Sequence record: SRR22947727_4407 | Reading direction: 5' to 3' (one strand) | DNA: 43,657 bases | Shown: positions 20,410-30,775 of the stretch, in pieces | How the letters are laid out: the number at the start of each line of letters is the position of its first letter | Numbering within the stretch: position 1 is the first letter of the stretch | Notes under the pieces: model-generated | Databases searched by the model: none | Told to the model about the DNA's origin: nothing | The model's input: the letters and a program-made list of their open reading frames with translations, nothing else | Position numbers and translations under genes: made by a program

Positions 20410-21780
20410 TCAGCCGAGAATCTTATCACGCTCGAGCTTAAGCCCCATCTTGCGGTAAAGCGTCGCAATGGAAACTCCAAGCATCGAAGCCGTTTTCTCA
20501 CGCGAACCACCATTGTATTTTAGGGTTTCACGGATGAACATTTTCTCCTGCTTCTTGATGTATTCGGTGAGCTTGCTCCCGATTGGAAGGTGATGCGTGG
20601 TCTTCTCGTCTTCGTCAGTAATTTCGACCTTCTGAGCCACTTTTGGCGGAAGATCGACGGGGCGGATCCGATTTTTCTCTGAAAATGAACAGGCACGCTC
20701 CATTGCATTCTGCAATTCTCCAACATTGCCTGGCCAGCTGTAACCTTCGAGCAGACGATGCGCATATTTGTCGACCTCCTGAATCGGAGTTCCAGTCCGC
20801 TCAGCGTGACGTTTGAGGAAATACTCAGCCAAAAGCGGTATATCTTCAGCACGCCCCCGCAATGGTGGCACGGCAATTGGGATAACCGAAAGCTTGTAGA
20901 AGAGATCTTCACGGAACGTGCCCTTTTCAATGCACTCTTCCAGCGGCTTCGCGGATGAAGCAATGAAGCGAACGTCCATATGATTCGGAAGTGCTCCGGT
21001 CATCCGGCGACTGTTGATTTCTTCAAGATAGCTTTCAAGCTGCGACTGAAGTCGAAGTGGAAGCATGTGAATCTCTTCGAGAAGAACGGTTCCACCCATT
21101 GCACGAGAGAAAATCGTTTCGCCACGGCTGCCAACCGAACCAAAAAGCTCAGCTTCAAGAAGGTTTTCAGGAAGCGCAGAACACTGCAACACTTTGAACG
21201 GAGCGCTGTTACGCTCGCTTGTGTTGTGAAGACTGCGAGCAACCATTTGCTTACCGGAACCAAACTCACCTTCAAGTAAAACCGGAGAGTCGCTGTCAGC
21301 GATCTTATTGATAATCTCAAAAATCGCCTTCATTTTCGGGCTTTGACCGATCAACTCACTTGGAGCAACCGCGAGATCAAAACCGGAGTTTCCAGCGATT
21401 TCAGTCTGCTTAGGCTTACCTTTCTGATGAAGCCCAAGTTCAACTGTCCGCTGAAGATCAGCGAGTTCGAACGGCTTTGTCAGGTAATCAAATGCACCAA
21501 GACGCATTGCCTCAACTGCAGTCTCAATCGTTCCATGACCGGTAACCATAATCACCTGAGTCTCAGGGTGGTTCTCCTGGCTATATTCGATGATTTCAAT
21601 ACCTGTCATGTCACCGATCAGGAGATCGACAATCATGAGGTCAGGATTCTCTTTATCGAGAGCGGTGAGACCTTCACGGCCTGTTTGAACGGGGACGACG
21701 TCGTGACCTTGTTGACGGCACAACTTGGTCATCAAGTTGAGGATGCCGGCTTCGTCGTCAATGATGAGAATTTTTGCCAT
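20410..21780 (-). CDS. NtrC-family response regulator (REC-AAA+-Fis HTH), atypical AAA+ domain
   Basis: REC (IIDDE, VDL, TG, KPF), WPGNVGELQN and HTH LGVSIATLYRKM; GAFTGA loop absent. Confidence 0.93.
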   Translation of the reverse strand: MAKILIIDDEAGILNLMTKLCRQQGHDVVPVQTGREGLTALDKENPDLMIVDLLIGDMTGIEIIEYSQENHPETQVIMVTGHGTIETAVEAMRLGAFDYLTKPFELADLQRTVELGLHQKGKPKQTEIAGNSGFDLAVAPSELIGQSPKMKAIFEIINKIADSDSPVLLEGEFGSGKQMVARSLHNTSERNSAPFKVLQCSALPENLLEAELFGSVGSRGETIFSRAMGGTVLLEEIHMLPLRLQSQLESYLEEINSRRMTGALPNHMDVRFIASSAKPLEECIEKGTFREDLFYKLSVIPIAVPPLRGRAEDIPLLAEYFLKRHAERTGTPIQEVDKYAHRLLEGYSWPGNVGELQNAMERACSFSEKNRIRPVDLPPKVAQKVEITDEDEKTTHHLPIGSKLTEYIKKQEKMFIRETLKYNGGSREKTASMLGVSIATLYRKMGLKLERDKILG

Positions 21781-22010
21781 GGGTTGGGTGCGGTTTGAGT
21801 TTAACTTAGAACTAAATGACGTTTATCTTCTCAGATATTACAGATTACTTAACAATTGCAAAGTAAAAATCTCATATTTGCAAAAAACGTGACTTTCTTT
21901 TTTCACGGATGGTTCGCAAATTCGTTACAAAAAGCCCGAAAACAGGGCCTCAGCGGCGTAAAAATGAGTTTTGTGGGCATTTGCTTTTCAAAACCGAAAA
22001 AAGCACCTCA

Positions 22011-23432
22011 TCACTCAGCTTTTGGAGCCGGGATCAGATTATTCCATGATTTTCTGATTTTCAGCCAGCGGAAAAGCCACAAACCAGTCATAGCAAGAAG
22101 GATATACATCCACCACCAGCTGGCAGCTTCCGCAAATACCTGATGACCCAATTCATCGCGCTCCGCTTTTAGCATTGCCTCTGGATTCGCCGGGCCCAGT
22201 TTTTCCATCAAAATCTTTGTCTGAAGTCCAAAAGCCCACGTCATGATTCCGTAAGACAAGTTCATAGTCAGACCTTTAAAACTCAAAATGGTGGCCCGAT
22301 TTTCGGAATCAGTGACCCGATTTAGATAATTCGAGAGGAAAAAATGGAGAAACCGCATGGCAATCCACAACAATGGCAAAAACAAAACCGACCAATATTG
22401 GATCGGAAACGCAAGGCTCAGAATTCCTCCAAATACAAGCACAGCGAGCAACCGGAAATTAAAATTCGGCGTGTGATTCCGGATCAGTCGCTCACCCAGG
22501 ATCGCTGCCAATATCCCCATGAACGATCCAGCCACGCTGATGATTCCAAATTGAGCTGGTTGGTAGCCGATCACCTCCAACCAAATTGACCCGACCGTAT
22601 AATACAGCCGGATGATACTGTCGTAAAACAGTCCCACGAGAATCAGCATCAGCGCGACAGGCGTTCGTAAAATCCATCCTCCCGCAGCGAACGTGCGCTT
22701 AAAACTGCGTCGGATGGCTTCCCCCAGCGGAAGATCTGATTTCGGCCGCATTGAGGCCGGTTCTTGCATCTTCAAAGCCGTAATCAACGCGCCAATCGCC
22801 ATTCCGAACGTCAGATAAATCGGAAATTTCACCGTTTGGTTTTGAACGAACCCGCCCACTCCTCCAAACAACGACGTAAACCAATTCAGAGTTTCAGGAT
22901 CATAAACACAGGCCCCGATCAGAGTGACCACTATAAAAGCGACTGATTGCCACTTCATCAAATTTGTCGTCAATCGCGCCCAGCCACTACCCCGATTTCC
23001 TTCAGGAAGCGAATCGTAGGCCAACGCCTCGTCCGCTCCGCTCGCGGCCGCCTCCGCCGCACCGGAAATGATCCGATTAAAGATAAACACGACGAACAGC
23101 ACCATCGCCGCAGCGCTGAGCCCCTCAGGATCCCCCGCAAAACTGTCTCGATCAACCACCGGCATTGCACACATCACCCCGATCTCGATGAGCATTAGCA
23201 CCGAGGCAAAGATCACAAGCGATCGCCTTCCAATCTGATCAGCCAGCGCTCCCGAAGGAACTTCCAGCAAAACAATCGACGCCGCCCACGCCACATTCAG
23301 CCAGGCAAACTGCTCAGTCGAAAGACCAAAATCGAGAAACAAAATTGCGTAAACCGGATAGTAAAAGCGGCAATTGAAGAAAATCCGAAACAGAATAAAC
23401 AGCTTCGGATTTTTGGAGACGTCATCAGGCAT
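22011..23432 (-). CDS. MFS transporter
   Basis: LEVPSGALADQIGRR (motif A), SGADEALAYDSL and about 12 TMs; ATG 23432. Confidence 0.93.
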   Translation of the reverse strand: MPDDVSKNPKLFILFRIFFNCRFYYPVYAILFLDFGLSTEQFAWLNVAWAASIVLLEVPSGALADQIGRRSLVIFASVLMLIEIGVMCAMPVVDRDSFAGDPEGLSAAAMVLFVVFIFNRIISGAAEAAASGADEALAYDSLPEGNRGSGWARLTTNLMKWQSVAFIVVTLIGACVYDPETLNWFTSLFGGVGGFVQNQTVKFPIYLTFGMAIGALITALKMQEPASMRPKSDLPLGEAIRRSFKRTFAAGGWILRTPVALMLILVGLFYDSIIRLYYTVGSIWLEVIGYQPAQFGIISVAGSFMGILAAILGERLIRNHTPNFNFRLLAVLVFGGILSLAFPIQYWSVLFLPLLWIAMRFLHFFLSNYLNRVTDSENRATILSFKGLTMNLSYGIMTWAFGLQTKILMEKLGPANPEAMLKAERDELGHQVFAEAASWWWMYILLAMTGLWLFRWLKIRKSWNNLIPAPKAE

Positions 23433-23807
23433 TAAAGAAAAGGGTGACGCATTCAACCCCGCGAACTTTCAAGCCACAAGCCAATATCATCAAACCCGCA
23501 TGAAAGCGGTTTTTCGAGTCTAAACCCGATGCCTGAAAATAAGAACGCCAGTGCCGCAAGACCTCTCCTTCCCACGACACTAGCTAGATTCCAAGGGAAC
23601 CTGTTCGAAGTTAGCCGAACTCACATTAATTTTCAACCTCGAACGCATTTGCTGCCTTAGTATCAACAGTCTAACGAAGAGAGTTACTTTTCGGCTCCTA
23701 ATTTTCAGGACAAAAAATAGGAGCGACATCTCATTGAGGCGCCAGAATACCCATTGATTCGTGAACGATCTGATTTATCCAAAGCAAATTAAGCCTCAAT
23801 TGTTTGA

Positions 23808-24740
23808 ATGATCGATACCCTCCCAACAAACGGCCCTTTCGATCTCGCCGCGACGCTCAATTCAGGACAAGTTTTTCACTGGAATGAGCATTCCCACAAT
23901 TCTCATTCGGGATTTCTTGGGACAATCGGTGATGCCCCCACCTTTCTCGCTCAAATTGGTGATAATCAAATTTTCACGATCCAACAGGGTCTGTTCGACG
24001 AATCAACTGGGTTGGATCGAAACGCTGAAAATCGCCCTCACGATCCAATAGGGTCCATTCATCGAACGAACCCTGTTGCTTCGTATTTAGCTCTCGATCA
24101 GGCCGATGCAGATATCCGCGCAACTTTCCCTCAGAACGATCCGTTTTTTGATTCCGCACTCAATTATTGTCCGGGACTTCGAATTTTGCATCAACCGATG
24201 TGGGAGTGTCTCGCCACTTTCATCACGTCGTCATTAAAACAAGTGGCTCACATTCGGGACATTTCTCTGACCCTTCGACGCAACCACGGGACGCGGCACG
24301 AATTTTTGGGTGAGGAGCTTTTTGCCTATCCCACTCCTGCAGCACTCGCTGAAGCGGGCGAGGCCAAATTGCGCGCCTGCGCCCTCGGATATCGTGCTAA
24401 ATCGCTCCACTTAACCGCTGCGGCGATTGCCGATGGCTCCATCGATTTGGCGGAACTCGACAGCATCGAAGATCACGCTGAGGCCGTGAAATTTCTCTGC
24501 CAGTTTCACGGCGTTGGCGAGAAAATTGCAAATTGCGCGCTCCTGTTTGGAGCGAATCGATTGGGCGCATTTCCGATCGATGTATGGATCGAACGCGTCC
24601 TCCGGCAGGGATATCGGAAGCGGGTGAAGGGCGCGAAATTACAGCGATGGGCGGAAGGTTATTTCGGCCCCTACGCTGGATACGCACAGCAGTTTTTGTT
24701 TCACTACGGCCGAGTTGGCGGCTTAGGTAAAAACTCATAA
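23808..24740 (+). CDS. 8-oxoguanine DNA glycosylase (OGG1-like, HhH-GPD)
   Basis: TLNSGQVFHW, GLRILHQ, LGYRAK, HhH GVGEKIANC, FPIDVW, YAGYAQQFLF; carries two 45-bp elements in frame. Confidence 0.93.
   Translation: MIDTLPTNGPFDLAATLNSGQVFHWNEHSHNSHSGFLGTIGDAPTFLAQIGDNQIFTIQQGLFDESTGLDRNAENRPHDPIGSIHRTNPVASYLALDQADADIRATFPQNDPFFDSALNYCPGLRILHQPMWECLATFITSSLKQVAHIRDISLTLRRNHGTRHEFLGEELFAYPTPAALAEAGEAKLRACALGYRAKSLHLTAAAIADGSIDLAELDSIEDHAEAVKFLCQFHGVGEKIANCALLFGANRLGAFPIDVWIERVLRQGYRKRVKGAKLQRWAEGYFGPYAGYAQQFLFHYGRVGGLGKNS
23976..24020. repeat. 45-bp element, copy 6 (inside glycosylase gene; cores direct)
   Basis: A CGATCCAA CAGGG TCTGTTCG A CGAATCAA CTGGG TTGGATCG A; equals codons 57-71, TIQQGLFDESTGLDR. 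Confidence 0.93.
24040..24084. repeat. 45-bp element, copy 7 (inside glycosylase gene)
   Basis: A CGATCCAA TAGGG TCCATTCA T CGAACGAA CCCTG TTGCTTCG T; 19 bp after copy 6. Confidence 0.95.
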
Positions 24741-24976
24741 ACCTCTCAGCCTTCTGATAAAAGCGACTTTTTATATAATTTCCAGCAAATGTGATGGAAT
24801 ACGCCTCCCTTTAGCATATAAGCTATGCGAAACGGCCTGAAATTCAATGGCTGTGGGGAGAATTAAAGGCGAAACACTATGAGTTTTAAAAAAACTGCTG
24901 ATTTTTTAAAATCCAGGAGATCTGAGCCCAATTTTCTACGCTTTTGAATTTTCGTGCTAACGTTCAAGGATTCCTC

Positions 24977-25450
24977 ATGTCACTCTCGAATTTTCTTTTT
25001 CAAAAGCTAGACCGCACACTGACGATGCCGGTGACGTATCCTCCTGATTTCACAGATTGGGAGCGGGGAAAACGAAGCGCTTTCATTGGTGAATACGGCG
25101 AGCAACTTGCAGCGAAATTCCTTCGGCACGAAGGTCTATCCGTCTTGTATCGAAACTACCGCGCACCTCGCGGAGGTGAAGTCGATATCGTCTGCAAACA
25201 CCGTGGCGGACTTGTTTTTGCGGAAGTTAAAACTCGAACCAGCGTCGACTTCGGCCGCCCCGCCAGCGCGGTTGATCTGGACAAACAGCGCCTGATTTCA
25301 AAAGGCGCGTTGTCGTGGCTTCGCGAATTAAATCATCCCGACTTGGTATTCCGGTTCGACATAGTCGAAGTGATTCTGATCGAAGGAAAGCCGCCTCAAT
25401 TCACCAGACTCGAAAATGCATTTCGAATGCCGAAGTCATTCCGCTATTGA
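24977..25450 (+). CDS. yraN: YraN family endonuclease-like protein (UPF0102)
   Basis: GEYGEQLAAKFL, RNYR...GEVDIV, FAEVKTR, RFDIVEV; start uncertain (24977 or 25025). Confidence 0.92.
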   Translation: MSLSNFLFQKLDRTLTMPVTYPPDFTDWERGKRSAFIGEYGEQLAAKFLRHEGLSVLYRNYRAPRGGEVDIVCKHRGGLVFAEVKTRTSVDFGRPASAVDLDKQRLISKGALSWLRELNHPDLVFRFDIVEVILIEGKPPQFTRLENAFRMPKSFRY

Positions 25451-25500
25451 TCGTTGATCGGTCCCGCTGTGGTCAGAACTAGATTGGCAGAAAGAAAAGA

Positions 25501-25584
25501 TGCTCACGAGAGGACTCGAACCTCCACGGGTATAACCCCACTAGAACCTGAATCTAGCGCGTCTACCAATTCCGCCACGTGAGC
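25501..25584 (-). tRNA. tRNA-Leu(CAG)
   Basis: Reverse complement GCTCACGTGGCGGAATTGGTAGACGCG-CTAGA-TTCAGGT-TCTAG-...GGAGGTTCGAGTCCTCT-CGTGAGCA; long variable arm; CCA not encoded. Confidence 0.97.
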
Positions 25585-25667
25585 ATTCAGGATCGCGAAC
25601 ATGCACTTTTTTTTTACCGAAACAACTGGAAAAACGGTCGGATTTCACCAGAAATTGCTTTCCTCGA

Positions 25668-27450
25668 TCACTCCGGCATATCGGACAAATCCACTTCACC
25701 CAGAATCGTCGCAAAACTGACGATCGTGTCGCCGTCAGCTGCTGGAGGCGACTCGGAGGTGATTACGTCAGTTCCCCTGCTTTGCGAATGATGAACATGG
25801 GCAACACGTCTTCGCCGTTTCGCTCGATGAAATTCTCCTGCATGAACTCATCCGTAATCGGCGTGAGCTTGGCTTCAGATTCGGTGACTTCGAATTTTTT
25901 GATTTGCTCGCTGGTAATATTTTCCCCCAGAATGCTCGGCGTCAATGGGCTGGAGTTGATAAACGTTAGAACGGCCCAAAGCATGAGCAAAGCCGATGCA
26001 GGCAAGCGAGTTTACTTGATCGTTTGGCGTCACCGCTAGCATTCGGCCGATGCCGGAAAGGTCGATTTCCTCGATCACGAAATCTGAAATCGCATTGGCC
26101 GTGACTGCCGGCACCCCGGCCATTCGCGCATTTTTGGTGGCGCTATAATTGGCATCAATAATTAAAATCCGGAAACCCGCTTCCTGCAATGCGACGCCCA
26201 TTTTGATGGTCCAATCGTTTACCCCGGCAAAAATAATGCCCTGAGGGTTTGGTGAAGCGAGCCCGAGTTTTCGGGCAATCGGAGCAGCAAGAAGTCCATA
26301 AAACGTAACGGTTCCAAAAATAATGCTGAATACGACTGGCACGATTTTCGCCGCTTCTTCCGCGAAGGGACCCGCGGTTTGAGCAAGCTCCAATGCAAAA
26401 ATAGCCGACACTGCCGCAGCAACAATTCCGCGCGGCGCAAGGAGAGCAAGAAAGACTTTCTCGGGAAGCTTCAGATCGGTTCCTATCATGCTGATGAATA
26501 CGGAAAGCGGACGAATCACAAAAATCAGCGCAGCAATGAAGAGGAGTGATTCCTTCCAAACGGCCACAATTTCATCAAGACCGACACGACCACCCAGAAC
26601 GATGAACAAACAGGAAATAAGAATGACGCGGAGGTTTTCTTTGAACTCGACGATGTGCCGCACCGGCGTGTGATGCTGGTCGGCGAGGCCGATCCCTAAA
26701 ATCGTCACAGTAAGCAATCCAGACTCGTGCTGGAGTAGATTTGACACAGAAAAAAGCGCGAGGCCAACCGCGAGGAGAAAGACGCTTTGAAGATAATCCG
26801 GAATCCAGTGCCGACGCAACACCGAGACCAGCAGCTTCGCCGCGACATAGCCAAAACCGACGCCAATCAGTAAAGTTGCCCCCAGATTGAGCCCGGTTTC
26901 TTTCCAGGACGCAGAGTGATCGCCGTGTCCAAAAACGACGCCAAAAACGAGCACGGCGAGGATTGCCCCGATCGGATCGATCACGATACCCTACCATTTT
27001 AGAATCGAATCGAGATGCCGCTTCGGCCGGACATTACGCAGCAACGGCCCAATAACCGTTGGTCCAGTGACAACAAGAACCGCCCCAATGAGAGCTGAGA
27101 GCTGAGACCTGCCAGCTAAAATTGGCCAAATAATGCAGCGCAGTCATCGACAATCCCCAGGTCACTGCTGCGCCAACGCTGATAAGCCGTAGCAATGGCT
27201 TCCCCGCATCCTTCAAATCGCGGAAGTGAAGCGTCAGGCCGTCTTCTAACATGATCACTGCAACCGAAAGCGAGACGACCGCAAAAAGGACATCACTTTT
27301 TACAAACTCCGTTTGATCATAAAATTGCCCGGCGATAAAACCGAATACGAGCAGCGCCAAAATGGAAGGAAAACGAAATTTCCACGCCAGCCATTGCGAG
27401 AAAATGCCGAGCAGAATAACGGAGCTGAAAAAGATAAGCCAAATTTCCAT
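25668..27450 (-). pseudogene. CPA1-family Na+/H+ antiporter with C-terminal KTN-like domain, multiply disrupted
   Basis: A 7-bp duplication (27091-27104) shifts VTGPTVIGPLLR out of frame. W*GIVIDPIG has TAG at 26991-26993 (family motif WEG). Further frame breaks occur near 25930 and 25765. PRGIVAAAVS is intact. Confidence 0.9.
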
Positions 27451-27586
27451 GAGGGGAACGGGTGTCCAAAAAATTGAGGTGAGTTTCCCTCAGTCCTGCG
27501 CAAAGACAAAGGAAACGTGAAGCATAGACGAAAACTTCACGGGTCTATTGCAGTGATTTCGCATCTTCTGCTACGGCGTAAATTTT

Positions 27587-27631
27587 TCGAAACCACAGGG
27601 TCTGTTCGACAAATCAACCCTGTTCGTTCGT
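27587..27631. repeat. 45-bp element, copy 8 (just downstream of the dnaB stop)
   Basis: T CGAAACCA CAGGG TCTGTTCG A CAAATCAA CCCTG TTCGTTCG T, then GAAAA. Confidence 0.93.
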
Positions 27632-27644
27632 GAAAACTGTTTCG

Positions 27645-29150
27645 TTAAAAATCAGCGTGCTCGCCTTCTTCGCGGGCGCGGGAAACAAAACGCATGGATG
27701 ACGCATTGAAAGTCAGCGGCACTTCACCGGTCGGACCGTTACGCTGTTTCGCGATAATCAGCTTGGCGATGCCTTCTTTTTCATCCCGCTCCTCTTCGCT
27801 TTCGGCGTAGTAAAGATCACGCATCAGCAATGAAACGAGGTCGGCGTCCTGCTCGATTGAGCCCGACTCACGAAGGTCACTCATTTTCGGCGTTCCACCG
27901 GTTCGCGCATCAGGATTTCGGTTAAGCTGCGCCAAAACGATGACCGGAATATTCAGCTCTTTGGCAATTCCTTTGAGACCGCCGGAAATCTCGGAAACCT
28001 CTTTCTCACGACCATCCCGTTTTCCGGTGTCGGGCGATTTCAGAAGCTGCAAGTAGTCAATCATGATCATCTTGATGTCATGCTGCTGCTTGAGCCGGCG
28101 GGCTTTCGCCTGCAACTCGTTGATCGATATACCCGGGGTATCATCAATGAAAATCGGGGCATCCCGAAGCTGCGAGGCGTAGTGAGTAATCTTGTGAAAA
28201 TCCGCTTTCCCGAGGAAACCTCCCCGCATTTTCTTCATGTCGATCTTCGCGAGCGAACAGAGCAGTCGTTGAACAAGCTGCTCGCTACTCATCTCCAAAC
28301 TAAAGACGGCTACGGCGTTTTTATCGACCATGGCAACGTGCTCAACGATGTTCATCGCGAATGACGTTTTACCCATCGCAGGACGAGCCGCGATGACGAT
28401 CATCTCCCCGCCGTGAAAGCCGGTTGTCATTTCATCGAGATCTGGAAACCCGGACGAAATACCCGGCTTGGCACCGGTTCCGTATTGATCCTCAAGTGTT
28501 TGAATCAGATCCATGACGATTTCCGCCATGTGTTTGATCTCGTTCGAGTTTTCCGTCTCATCACGAATCGTGAGGATTTTCTTCTCAACAGAATCGAGAA
28601 ACTGCGAGGCACTTTCAGGACGATCGTAGGCGAGCGACGCCATTTCCGAGCAATCTTGAATTACCCGACGAAGGATGAATTTGCTCTTTAAAATCTCCGC
28701 GTAGTGCTTGAAAAGCGCCGTAGTGGGCAATTCGTTCAGCAAATCGGCAATGAACTGGGGGCCGCCGACTTTGTCGATCAGCTCCTTATCCGTCAGCTCT
28801 GCGTTCAGCGTGATGATGTCGAGTTCACCATTCGGCCGCGTTTTGTAAAGGTGCAGAATGGTTTCGAAAACGATCCGGTGACCTGGCAGATAGAAAAAGC
28901 CCGGCGACAAATCCTCGACCGCCTTTGGCACAATCTCGCTGGGGTCCAGCAGCATGCAACTGAGGACAGCCCGCTCTGCCTCGGCATTTACCGGCATGGA
29001 GCGAAGCGCATCATCGACCGCATTCGCGATCTTTTTCTTATTCGGCTTTCCTGATTTCAGCGATGCTCCGCCACCGGGAGGCTGGGCATAGCTCTGTCCG
29101 GGAGGAGATCCCCCCATGAATTCTTCAGGGTTTTGATACGTATCTGGCAT
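27645..29150 (-). CDS. dnaB: Replicative DNA helicase
   Basis: AARPAMGKT, FSLEMS, IDYLQL, AQLNR, SDLRESGSIEQDAD, AKQRNGPTG; start uncertain (29117-29168). Confidence 0.98.
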   Translation of the reverse strand: MPDTYQNPEEFMGGSPPGQSYAQPPGGGASLKSGKPNKKKIANAVDDALRSMPVNAEAERAVLSCMLLDPSEIVPKAVEDLSPGFFYLPGHRIVFETILHLYKTRPNGELDIITLNAELTDKELIDKVGGPQFIADLLNELPTTALFKHYAEILKSKFILRRVIQDCSEMASLAYDRPESASQFLDSVEKKILTIRDETENSNEIKHMAEIVMDLIQTLEDQYGTGAKPGISSGFPDLDEMTTGFHGGEMIVIAARPAMGKTSFAMNIVEHVAMVDKNAVAVFSLEMSSEQLVQRLLCSLAKIDMKKMRGGFLGKADFHKITHYASQLRDAPIFIDDTPGISINELQAKARRLKQQHDIKMIMIDYLQLLKSPDTGKRDGREKEVSEISGGLKGIAKELNIPVIVLAQLNRNPDARTGGTPKMSDLRESGSIEQDADLVSLLMRDLYYAESEEERDEKEGIAKLIIAKQRNGPTGEVPLTFNASSMRFVSRAREEGEHADF

Positions 29151-29418
29151 GGTGTTTTCGGAACCCACGGATCGCGTGGTTTCGCTTCATTTACAAACGA
29201 GAAGCTTTGTGGAAGCACAATTCTATTTTGGATTTTATTCAAAGCTGCGCTCAGAAAGTTGGTCGGGTTCTCTTCGAAGAAATCCGCGTGACCGAAATTA
29301 CTGAAACCGTTCGCGGAACTTTAGGAACGGCGACCTCGTGGCAATTCATGGTGACAATGGACTTTTGAGCGATTTCTAGATTGAGACATGAGCTGAAGTG
29401 GTTCCTCCTCCCAGACAC

Positions 29419-29452
29419 AAAAACGGGCGGATGGTTAACTAACCGTCCGCCC
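29419..29452 (-). terminator. Intrinsic terminator downstream of rplI
   Basis: GGGCGGATGGTTA-AC-TAACCGTCCGCCC hairpin followed by GTTTTT on the minus strand. Confidence 0.8.
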
Positions 29453-29488
29453 AGTCTTCTCAAAATTGATATAAGTGATTTACAGCAC

Positions 29489-29538
29489 TGTGAACAATGG
29501 TGGAAAGCTGTGCATAACTAAACAACTCCCTGTTCACA
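29489..29538. promoter_or_regulatory. Cluster of DnaA-box-like 9-mers
   Basis: TGTGAACAA 29489, GGTGGAAAG 29499 (weak), TGTGCATAA 29509 (fits TTATNCACA) and CTGTTCACA 29530. Confidence 0.4.
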
Positions 29539-29547
29539 AATGACTAA

Positions 29548-30033
29548 TCACTCAGCTGCATTGTCTTCTTCAGAATCTTGCGCCTTAACGGTAATCGTTA
29601 CCGTCGCTTCCACTTCAGCGTGTAATTTCACAGGAATTGTGAAAGAACCAGTCGATTTGATTGGCTTGTCGAGATCGAGCTGATGACGATCGAGAACCGT
29701 CTTCTTTGATTTCGCCTGGATCGCTTCAACGATGTCTTTCGTTGTAATCGAACCGAAAGCTTTGCCGCCTTCACCGATAGAGAGTTCCAAAACCAACTTC
29801 ATCTTCTTCAACTTAGAAGCGAGCGAAGTAGCTTCGCTGAGCTCATCGGCCTCACGAAGTGCACGTGACTTCTTGAGTGATTCAATGTTACGAAGATTCC
29901 CTTTGGTGGCTTCAAAAGCCTTTCCTTTTGGGATGAGAAAATTTCGGGCGAAACCGCGCTTTACGCTTACAACGTCAGCTTCGGCGCCGAGATTGTTGAT
30001 TTTAGTGCGGAGAATTACGTTTGTAGTGGCCAT
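29548..30033 (-). CDS. rplI: 50S ribosomal protein L9
   Basis: LGAEADVVSVKRGFARNFLIPKGKA, GKAFGSIT, PIKSTG, VKLHAEV. Confidence 0.98.
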   Translation of the reverse strand: MATTNVILRTKINNLGAEADVVSVKRGFARNFLIPKGKAFEATKGNLRNIESLKKSRALREADELSEATSLASKLKKMKLVLELSIGEGGKAFGSITTKDIVEAIQAKSKKTVLDRHQLDLDKPIKSTGSFTIPVKLHAEVEATVTITVKAQDSEEDNAAE

Positions 30034-30097
30034 GGTTACCTTTGATTATAAAGATTCAAAAAAAGGGCAGGACTTTTCGACTCGAACCTACACTTTG

Positions 30098-30775
30098 TCA
30101 AGACGCCGAAATGATTTCTAAATCCGGCTTCTTTTCCCGCAGCCGCTTGATGATTTCCCCTGACCCCTCGAACTTGTAATCGTCGACTTTCAATGATTGC
30201 CCGGAATCCGTTTTTAGCACCCCAACTCCACGATCCCACTTGGATAAATCAAGCGACTTAACCGACTCAAAATCAACGTGTTTTTCATTGGTAAAATCAA
30301 TTCCAGACTGATCACACGCGATGCTTTTTCGTTGCTGCCAGAGTGCGAAAAACATTACCAAAACCAAGATCACGACGAACCCGGCGGCAAAGCCCTTCTG
30401 CTCATTCATTTCATCTATGCTAAATTTTTTCGGTTCAGAAGCCGCCAAATGGCGAGTCGCGGCAAATTTTGACCACGTATCTCCTGCTTTTCCGGCATCT
30501 ACCGCAGCTTGAAGTCCCTCCTGCTGTTTCTCAGAAAATTCAGCGATCGAAAAGTCTGACGGTTTCGGTAAATCCGACGCAACATCCTTCCCCGATTGAA
30601 ACGCAGAAAACAAAGCCGCATTGAAATTCTTCTTCGGATAGCCGAACAATCCGTCGTAGAGAAAGACGAGTGTCGATATCGCCAGTAATCCCATCAGAAT
30701 CGCCATGCGCCGCCGAAACCAGCTGCCGACGTGGCATACGATTCGATCAGGAGTGGAGGTTTCGGAATCAGGCAT
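30098..30775 (-). CDS. Hypothetical membrane protein
   Basis: Two TMs and FLYDGLFGYPKKN. The start is set at ATG 30775 because the longer ORF would overlap tRNA-Pro. Confidence 0.75.
   Translation of the reverse strand: MPDSETSTPDRIVCHVGSWFRRRMAILMGLLAISTLVFLYDGLFGYPKKNFNAALFSAFQSGKDVASDLPKPSDFSIAEFSEKQQEGLQAAVDAGKAGDTWSKFAATRHLAASEPKKFSIDEMNEQKGFAAGFVVILVLVMFFALWQQRKSIACDQSGIDFTNEKHVDFESVKSLDLSKWDRGVGVLKTDSGQSLKVDDYKFEGSGEIIKRLREKKPDLEIISAS

Noticed and set aside
23808-24740. Link between the insert in the glycosylase and G-to-T nonsense mutations (GAG to TAG, GGA to TGA)
   Set aside because: Only two ancestral codons can be inferred with any confidence, and the catalytic motifs are intact.
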